Shown one piece after another: positions 1 to 4,254 of a stretch of 4,254 nucleotides of DNA. Source of the stretch: a virus (taxonomy: Duplodnaviria; Heunggongvirae; Uroviricota; Caudoviricetes); the IMG/VR virus record IMGVR_UViG_2531839233_000010; one strand, 5' to 3'. The notes beneath the pieces are model-generated. The model was not told the origin of the DNA. It saw only the letters and a program-made list of their open reading frames with translations, and ran no database searches. Position 1 is the stretch's first letter; the number at the start of each line of letters is the position of its first letter. The translations under genes and the position numbers were made by a program.

Positions 1-1
1 A

Positions 2-166
2 TTACCTGTGACGGTAAAACTGCGCCTGACTGTGGCTGCACTCCTGCTGTTTCTGGTGGTGATGATGGATTTCACCAGCAGGATAATGTTGGTACTGACT
101 GATGGCGCTCTGGTCTGCGGCATTGTGGTATTGCTGTGGCCGATGATGAAAGAACAGAATGAATAA
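2..166 (+). CDS. 3' end of an upstream ORF (partial, start outside window); very hydrophobic C-terminus, product unknown
   Basis: Open frame from the window edge to TAA at 164-166, translating to ...LTVAALLLFLVVMMDFTSRIMLVLTDGALVCGIVVLLWPMMKEQNE with many CTG Leu codons. A second open frame (1-111, ...CDGKTAPDCGCTPAVSGGDDGFHQQDNVGTD, stop TGA 109-111) is also possible, so the frame is uncertain. By position a Q-type antiterminator gene would be expected here, but I cannot confirm that. Confidence 0.3.
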   Translation, partial: LPVTVKLRLTVAALLLFLVVMMDFTSRIMLVLTDGALVCGIVVLLWPMMKEQNE

Positions 167-169
167 TTC

Positions 170-196
170 TTGACTTTTTTGTTTACTGTTTATTAA
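170..196 (+). promoter_or_regulatory. Candidate sigma70 late promoter (pR'-like)
   Basis: TTGACT at 170-175 (same -35 hexamer as lambda pR'), 15-bp spacer, TATTAA at 191-196. It starts 4 bp after the upstream stop and sits about 175 nt upstream of a strong terminator, the geometry of lambda pR'-6S RNA-tR'. The short spacer and imperfect -10 keep confidence modest. Confidence 0.35.
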
Positions 197-352
197 AAAA
201 TCAACCGCATGGTGAATCCTCCTTGGAGGGGCTAAATGATCGAGTTTTAAGGGCACGTAGCGAGTTCTGTTTGATCATTGCAGAACTTAGCGGGAGGCGC
301 CATGCGTACATCACTAATGTTATTTCCTTCTATCATTTTCCTTGTGAGTTCT

Positions 353-379
353 GGCTGCGCATGGCGCGGCCTTTTTTTT
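353..379 (+). terminator. Rho-independent terminator (tR'-like, end of late leader transcript)
   Basis: Stem GGCTGCGC (353-360) pairs with GCGCGGCC (364-371): 8 bp including one G-U, loop ATG, followed directly by eight T (372-379). Confidence 0.7.
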
Positions 380-560
380 ATGACCTGCCACTGGCAGATG
401 GTCATCCTGTGATTTGATTCCGGTTCCGGCTTTTTAACTCTGTTCCTGTACACGGGAGAAATTCTATGTCGATTAATCGTTATGATATTGGTTACAAGAA
501 GTACCACGTATTGTGTTGAGATAGAAAGCATGGTGCCAGAGGTAAATGCAGCAGCATAAT

Positions 561-608
561 AAAAAAGAGCCAGCGCAGAAGAGAACGGGTAAAAGAGTCT
601 GCGCTGGC
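561..608 (-). terminator. Candidate rho-independent terminator for minus-strand transcription
   Basis: Perfect 11-bp inverted repeat GCCAGCGCAGA (569-579) / TCTGCGCTGGC (598-608) with an 18-nt loop. On the minus strand the hairpin is followed by TCTTTTTTATTAT (complement of 556-568); no T-tract follows on the plus strand. Confidence 0.45.
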
Positions 609-659
609 GTGGGGATATTCCCCGTGGAGAAATGATATGTAACACACATCGGGAACCTT

Positions 660-687
660 TCTATATAAACATTATCATTATTGTCAA
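660..687 (-). promoter_or_regulatory. Candidate minus-strand promoter facing the 561-608 terminator
   Basis: Minus strand reads TTGACA (complement of 682-687, perfect -35), 16-bp spacer, TATAGA (complement of 660-665). The -10 lacks the conserved final T, so this is weak. It would give a roughly 90-nt transcript ending at the 561-608 terminator. Confidence 0.25.
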
Positions 688-787
688 TCATAACAGTCAG
701 GTATTATGACGTTTATGCATCAGGGCCATCAGGAATTAACTGGTGGCTTTTTATTGTTGTCAGCTTCCGGATAACGGGAGACGGGGT

Positions 788-1003
788 ATGTACCAGATGG
801 AAAAAATAACAACAGGTGTGTCATACACCACGTCAGCGGTGGGGACGGGATACTGGCTACTGCAGTTGCTGGACAAAGTCTCCCCATCCCAGTGGGTGGC
901 AATAGGCGTATTGGGTAGCTTGGTGTTTGGCTTGCTGACGTATCTGACAAACCTTTATTTCAAGATTAAAGAAGATAAGCGTAAGGCTGCGAGAGGTGAA
1001 TAA
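788..1003 (+). CDS. S: Class II holin, phage 21 S21 pinholin family (71 aa; alternative start at 797 gives 68 aa)
   Basis: ORF ending TAA 1001-1003. Translation [71 protein letters not shown] closely matches the phage 21 S21 pinholin as I recall it (two TMDs, ...[21 protein letters not shown]-terminus). GGGAG at 776-780 lies 7 nt before ATG 788. Met1 and Met4 form a dual-start motif. The 743 start in the ORF track is upstream of the SD and unlikely. Confidence 0.9.
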   Translation: MYQMEKITTGVSYTTSAVGTGYWLLQLLDKVSPSQWVAIGVLGSLVFGLLTYLTNLYFKIKEDKRKAARGE

Positions 1004-1500
1004 TGTCGCCATCATTACGCAAGGCTGTTGCTGCTGCTATTGGTGGTGGGGCTGCTGCCATAGCGTCTGTGCTCATCACTGGTCCGAGTGGTGACGATGG
1101 CCTGGAAGGTGTCAGCTACATACCATACGAAGATATCGTTGGCGTATGGACTGTATGTCACGGACACACCGGAAAAGACATCATTCCCGGTAAAACGTAT
1201 ACCGAAGCAGAATGCAAAGCCCTCCTGAATAAAGACCTTGCCACGGTCGCCAGACAAATTAACCCGTACATCAAAGTCGATATACCGGAAACAACGCGCG
1301 GCGCTCTTTACTCGTTCGTTTACAACGTGGGCGCTGGTAATTTCAGAACATCGACGCTTCTTCGCAAAATAAACCAGGGTGATATCAAAGGCGCATGTGA
1401 TCAGCTACGGCGCTGGACATACGCTGGCGGTAAGCAATGGAAAGGGCTGATGACTCGCCGCGAGATTGAGCGTGAAGTCTGTTTGTGGGGGCAACAATGA
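1003..1500 (+). CDS. R: SAR endolysin (phage 21 R21-like, T4-lysozyme-type muramidase with N-terminal signal-anchor-release domain)
   Basis: 165 aa. N-terminal Gly/Ala-rich weakly hydrophobic segment ([20 protein letters not shown]) typical of a SAR domain. Lysozyme catalytic triad at the expected spacing (E35, D44, T50 in ...[23 protein letters not shown]...). Start ATG 1003-1005 overlaps the holin stop (TAATG). Confidence 0.93.
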   Translation: MSPSLRKAVAAAIGGGAAAIASVLITGPSGDDGLEGVSYIPYEDIVGVWTVCHGHTGKDIIPGKTYTEAECKALLNKDLATVARQINPYIKVDIPETTRGALYSFVYNVGAGNFRTSTLLRKINQGDIKGACDQLRRWTYAGGKQWKGLMTRREIEREVCLWGQQ

Positions 1501-1964
1501 GCAGAGTAACCGCGATTATCTCCGCTCTGGTTATCTGCATCATCGTCTGCCAGTCATGGGCGGTTAATCATTACCGTGATAACGCCATCGCCTATAAAGA
1601 ACAGCGTGATAAAAAAGTCAGTGAGCTGAAGCAGGCGACCGCCACCATTACTGACATGCAGCAGCGCCAGCGTGCTGCTGATGCACTCGATGCTAAATAC
1701 ACGAAGGAGTTAGCTGATGCGAAAGCTAAAAATGATGCTCTTCGGCGCAAGCTTGATAATGGTGGTCGGGTGTTCGTCAAAGGAAAATGCCCTGTGCCAT
1801 CCTCAGACGAAACCTCCAGCGCCTCCGGCATGGGCAATGATGCCACCGTCGAACTCTCTCCAGTTGCTGGACGAAACGTTCTCGGTATCCGGGACGGAAT
1901 TATCCGCGACCAAACAGCACTGAGAACGCTTCAGGAATACATCAGGACGCAATGCCTTCGATGA
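1497..1964 (+). CDS. Rz: Rz inner-membrane spanin (i-spanin)
   Basis: 155 aa from ATG 1497 (overlapping the endolysin stop TGA 1498-1500 as ATGA). N-terminal TMD ([15 protein letters not shown]) followed by a charged coiled-coil-like periplasmic domain. The 5' nucleotide sequence is near-identical to lambda Rz as I recall it. The ORF-track start at 1485 is a GTG extension. Confidence 0.9.
   Translation: MSRVTAIISALVICIIVCQSWAVNHYRDNAIAYKEQRDKKVSELKQATATITDMQQRQRAADALDAKYTKELADAKAKNDALRRKLDNGGRVFVKGKCPVPSSDETSSASGMGNDATVELSPVAGRNVLGIRDGIIRDQTALRTLQEYIRTQCLR
1717..1923 (+). CDS. Rz1: Rz1 outer-membrane lipoprotein spanin (o-spanin), embedded in +1 frame within Rz
   Basis: 68 aa: [44 protein letters not shown]... 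Signal peptide with lipobox VVGC and a Pro-rich mature region, as in lambda Rz1. AAGGAG sits 7 nt upstream of the ATG. Entirely nested inside Rz in a different frame. Confidence 0.85.
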   Translation: MRKLKMMLFGASLIMVVGCSSKENALCHPQTKPPAPPAWAMMPPSNSLQLLDETFSVSGTELSATKQH

Positions 1965-2138
1965 TAGCGATAATTTTACTCATCATCCTTCACATCTGGC
2001 TCTGTAGACAGGGTGGTGCTCACTTCTGGAGTGAATCATGGTTAAACATCTCATTGCTGATGCTTGATATTGAGCATCTGGCGCGCGGTAAGGGGCTGCG
2101 TTGAGATAAGAGCCAGTCATTAAAAATACCTGGATTTA

Positions 2139-2162
2139 GCCTCGCATTCGCGGGGCTTTTTT
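2139..2162 (+). terminator. Rho-independent terminator downstream of the lysis cassette
   Basis: Stem GCCTCGC (2139-2145) pairs with GCGGGGC (2150-2156): 7 bp including one G-U, loop ATTC, followed by TTTTTT (2157-2162). Confidence 0.6.
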
Positions 2163-2174
2163 ATTGCCATTACA

Positions 2175-2200
2175 AAAGCCACTCCCTACAGAGTGGCTTT
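2175..2200 (-). terminator. Hairpin, possible weak terminator for minus-strand transcripts
   Basis: Perfect 10-bp inverted repeat AAAGCCACTC (2175-2184) / GAGTGGCTTT (2191-2200), 6-nt loop. The GC-rich core is flanked by an A-run on the left and T-run on the right, so the minus-strand RNA has the hairpin followed by UUUUGUAAU. Lies 13 bp after the plus-strand terminator. Confidence 0.35.
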
Positions 2201-2298
2201 GATAATGGCTTATACCCTACACGGGATAACTTAACTGATATCCCTTTTAACGGATAAAGGTATTCAAGCCTGACACATCATGCGCTGTATCGTCGCTG

Positions 2299-2363
2299 TA
2301 TTCCCGCATTAACCATGACCGTAGCCCGACGGGGAACTCCTTCTGCGCGAGTGTGCGGGAATA
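2299..2363. other. Long-range inverted repeat / structured element in the Rz-cos intergenic region
   Basis: TATTCCCGCA (2299-2308) is the exact reverse complement of TGCGGGAATA (2354-2363), enclosing a 45-nt GC-rich segment (2309-2353). The surrounding 2295-2460 stretch resembles, from memory, a lambda segment located between bor and cos. Confidence 0.4.
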
Positions 2364-2589
2364 ATCAAAAACGATGCACACCGGGTTTTTACCGCGCTAA
2401 TGATTCGCGGGTTTGTCCCTCATGCTCGCCAGTCCTGTGCGGGGGTGGAAGAAACAGGACACTCACACAGATTCTTGTGGGTCGATGCTATTCCTTTCTG
2501 GATTATCCCGATGCCATTCATGCAAGGGCTGTATCAGACGTTCGTCATGGCTTTCAGGCTGACGGCTCCTCCCGGTGGGGTGGCCTGCC

Positions 2590-2609
2590 ACGGGGCGGGA
2601 GCGTCGCGG
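2590..2609. other. Candidate cosN (terminase nicking site); predicted 12-nt cohesive end GGGCGGGAGCGT at 2593-2604
   Basis: ACGGGGCGGGAGCGTCGCGG matches the lambda cos context ACG|GGGCGGCGACCT|CGCGGG at the 9 left and 6 right flanking positions, with the central bases differing. It lies about 175 bp upstream of the Nu1-like gene start, as in lambda (cosN to Nu1 ATG about 190 bp). Confidence 0.5.
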
Positions 2610-2622
2610 AAAAAGGCTAGTT

Positions 2623-2665
2623 TTTGCATTTTTATCGGCCACCATCATCTTTGCATCTTATTGAT
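2623..2665 (+). repeat. Direct repeats TTTGCATYTT(T)AT, candidate cosB-like small-terminase binding elements
   Basis: TTTGCATTTTTAT (2623-2635) and TTTGCATCTTAT (2650-2661) lie 27 bp apart in the AT-rich stretch between the candidate cosN and the small-terminase gene. Confidence 0.3.
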
Positions 2666-2778
2666 TATTAATGGTTATTTGTTTTTTGTATGTCGAATTG
2701 AGTGTTTTTTGTTCGACATCGAACGCGTTTTCTTAAAGTTGTTCGCACGATGCATGTTTAAAGCTCTCCGGAGGAAAT

Positions 2779-3270
2779 ATGGATCATGAGTTGAAAAACC
2801 TGGTGCTGAATATTAATCAACTGGCGGCTTTATCTGGTCTGCACCGCCAGACTGTCGTGGCAAGACTGAAAAACATTCGTCCCGCTGGTGGACATGACAA
2901 ACTCAAGCTATACCGGTTGACCGATATTCTGACTGAATTTATGGGGTTACCACCGCCGGTTGCTGAGGGCGAAATGGATCCACATGAACGCAAAGCCTGG
3001 TATCAGTCTGAACGTGAGCGTCTTAAGTTCGAACAGGAAACGGCACAACTCATTCCGGCCAGTGATGTCAGACGGGAGTTTGCCATCTGGGCAAAAGCGG
3101 TCGTGCAGGTGCTGGAGACATTACCGGATATTCTGGAACGTGACTGTGGTCTGCAGCCTGCCGCTGTGAGCCGTGTTCAGTCCATTATTGATGATCTGCG
3201 CGATCAGATAGCCCTGCGGGTGACCGAAGCAGGTGCGGATGATGAGGAGGAATTACAGCAGGAGGAGTAA
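2779..3270 (+). CDS. Terminase small subunit (Nu1-like DNA packaging protein, N-terminal HTH)
   Basis: 163 aa. GGAGG at 2767-2771 lies 7 nt before ATG 2779. The N-terminus LNINQLAALSGLHRQTVVARL follows the lambda Nu1 helix-turn-helix pattern (VNKKQLADIFGASIRTIQNW), and the C-terminus is acidic. Position is immediately upstream of the large terminase with a TAATG overlap at 3268-3272. Similarity to Nu1 is by pattern, not high identity. Confidence 0.7.
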   Translation: MDHELKNLVLNINQLAALSGLHRQTVVARLKNIRPAGGHDKLKLYRLTDILTEFMGLPPPVAEGEMDPHERKAWYQSERERLKFEQETAQLIPASDVRREFAIWAKAVVQVLETLPDILERDCGLQPAAVSRVQSIIDDLRDQIALRVTEAGADDEEELQQEE

Positions 3271-4254
3271 TGCTGAATCAGGAAACCGCAAAGGCAGCAC
3301 GAACCGATTCAGGTTATATCCTTCGCGCACCGAGACGAATGCGGGTTGCTGATGCCGTTGCTCAGTATATGCGGGTGCCCATGGGGGCCGGGAACTCAGT
3401 CCCGTGGGATCCGCTGGTGGCACCGTATGTTATTGAGCCGATGAACTGCCTGGCCTCGCGTGAATACGACGCAGTGATATTTGTTGGCCCGGCACGAACC
3501 GGCAAGACTATCGGCCTGATTGACGGCTGGGTGATTTACAACGTGATTTGCGATCCTGCGGATATGCTGATCATTCAGATGACGGAGGAAAAAGCCCGCG
3601 AACACTCCAAAAAACGACTCGCCAGAACGTTTCGCGTCAGCCCGGAAGTGGTCAGTCGCCTGAGTCCGAACAAAAATGACAACAACGTTTATGACAGAAC
3701 ATTCCTTGCTGGCAACTACCTGAAAATCGGCTGGCCGTCAGTCAATATCATGTCCTCATCAGATTATAAATGCGTGGCGCTGACGGATTATGACCGTTTT
3801 CCGGAAGATATTGATGGCGAGGGGGATGCCTTCTCTCTTGCCTCAAAACGTACCACCACATTTATGTCCAGTGGTATGACGCTGGTGGAGAGTTCCCCCG
3901 GCAGGGATGTGAAGGATGTGAAATGGCGACGGACTTCACCGCATGAGGCTCCACCAACCACGGGGATACTGTCGCTCTATAACCGTGGCGATCGCCGTCG
4001 CTGGTACTGGCCCTGTCCACACTGTGGTGAGTATTTTCAGCCCTGCGGCGATGTGGTTGCTGGTTTCCGTGATATTGCCGATCCCGTGCTGGCAAGTGAG
4101 GCGGCTTATATTCAGTGTCCTTCCTGTTCAGGACGGATTATGCCTGAACAAAAACGTGAGCTGAACGGACGTGGGGTCTGGTTGCGGGATGCTATCACCC
4201 GTATGCTGATGCGCATGATGGGTATCAAAACCGATATCGTGGTTAGCGGCTCTT
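3270..4254 (+). CDS. Terminase large subunit, lambda gpA family (partial; 3' end beyond window)
   Basis: Uninterrupted frame from ATG 3270 to the window end (328 codons, checked codon by codon; not in the supplied ORF track). Walker A P-loop VIFVGPARTGKT. Cys cluster WPCPHCGEYFQPCGD...CPSCSG resembles the gpA zinc-finger-like motif (lambda ...ACPHCGEE...). Confidence 0.9.
   Translation, partial: MLNQETAKAARTDSGYILRAPRRMRVADAVAQYMRVPMGAGNSVPWDPLVAPYVIEPMNCLASREYDAVIFVGPARTGKTIGLIDGWVIYNVICDPADMLIIQMTEEKAREHSKKRLARTFRVSPEVVSRLSPNKNDNNVYDRTFLAGNYLKIGWPSVNIMSSSDYKCVALTDYDRFPEDIDGEGDAFSLASKRTTTFMSSGMTLVESSPGRDVKDVKWRRTSPHEAPPTTGILSLYNRGDRRRWYWPCPHCGEYFQPCGDVVAGFRDIADPVLASEAAYIQCPSCSGRIMPEQKRELNGRGVWLRDAITRMLMRMMGIKTDIVVSGS

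Noticed and set aside
2-256. Minus-strand 84-aa ORF at the window edge
   Set aside because: His/Gln-rich low-complexity translation antisense to the more codon-like plus-strand frame; no RBS.
223-417. 64-aa plus-strand ORF (TTG start) in the late leader
   Set aside because: Non-ATG start with no SD, rare codons (CTA, AGG), and it reads straight through the terminator hairpin and T-tract at 353-379.
467-520. 17-codon ORF (MSINRYDIGYKKYHVLC) with GGGAG 9 nt upstream
   Set aside because: Too short to support from sequence alone; SD-like strings occur by chance in this purine-rich leader. Worth revisiting only if ribosome profiling shows occupancy.
247-691. Minus-strand ORFs 247-645 (132 aa) and 473-691 (72 aa)
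   Set aside because: Both span intrinsic terminator hairpins and homopolymer tracts, have no convincing RBS, and the 473-691 start codon lies inside the putative -35 element. Low-complexity, odd composition.
743-787. Upstream extension of the holin ORF in the six-frame track (start at 743, 86 aa)
   Set aside because: No SD precedes 743, whereas GGGAG at 776-780 is correctly spaced for ATG 788, and the 71-aa product from 788 matches S21 holin length. The extra N-terminus ([15 protein letters not shown]) is not holin-like.
729-950. Minus-strand 73-aa ORF antisense to the holin
   Set aside because: Lies wholly antisense to a well-supported gene; Pro/Ser-rich with no RBS. Typical shadow ORF.
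1015-1257. Minus-strand 80-aa ORF antisense to the endolysin
   Set aside because: Shadow ORF opposite a well-supported gene; no start context.
1485-1496. GTG-initiated extension of Rz (ORF track start 1485)
   Set aside because: ATG 1497 overlaps the endolysin stop in the usual ATGA coupling arrangement and corresponds to the lambda Rz start (MSRVTAIIS...). The extension is an artefact of the open frame.
1592-1846. Minus-strand 84-aa ORF antisense to Rz/Rz1
   Set aside because: Shadow ORF opposite two overlapping genes that already use two plus-strand frames; no RBS.
2315-2789. Plus-strand ORFs 2315-2620 (101 aa) and 2400-2789 (129 aa), and minus-strand ORF 2463-2648 (61 aa)
   Set aside because: They cross or abut the candidate cosN and cosB-like repeats, overlap one another in different frames, are Arg/Gly/Cys-rich in the way GC-rich non-coding DNA translates, and lack RBSs. 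The 2400-2789 frame also runs into the small-terminase start.
2960-4164. Internal or antisense ORFs within the terminase genes (2960-3169 +, 3396-3605 -, 3862-4095 -, 3943-4164 +)
   Set aside because: All lie inside, out of frame with, or antisense to the terminase reading frames, which have clear family motifs (HTH; Walker A; Cys cluster).
1-4254. Search for a defence or otherwise novel gene system (CRISPR repeats, toxin-antitoxin pairs, restriction-modification, retron or Abi-like ORFs, tRNA, IS ends)
   Set aside because: No spaced direct repeats, no tRNA-like cloverleaf regions, no IS-type terminal inverted repeats with a transposase ORF, and no unassigned ORF of credible size. Every sizeable ORF is explained by lysis or packaging functions.

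Overview
This window reads as the late region of a lambdoid (phage 21/lambda-like) prophage or phage of an enterobacterial host, all on the + strand. From left to right: a partial upstream ORF, a candidate late promoter with a leader ending in a strong intrinsic terminator (the lambda pR'/tR' arrangement), then a phage-21-type lysis cassette (S21-like pinholin, SAR endolysin, Rz/Rz1 spanins with coupled or embedded starts). After Rz comes about 815 bp with no credible gene, holding several hairpins and a sequence very similar to lambda cosN, followed by a Nu1-like small terminase gene and the 5' part of a GpA-family large terminase gene that runs off the window. I see no tRNA, rRNA, CRISPR array, IS element or defence-system gene. 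The points worth a second look are all non-coding: the candidate cos site with a divergent core, the absence of a bor-type gene in the Rz-cos interval, a conserved inverted-repeat element, and a possible minus-strand small RNA between the late terminator and the holin gene. Comparisons to lambda and phage 21 are made from memory of those sequences and need confirming by alignment; nothing here requires a novel system to explain it.
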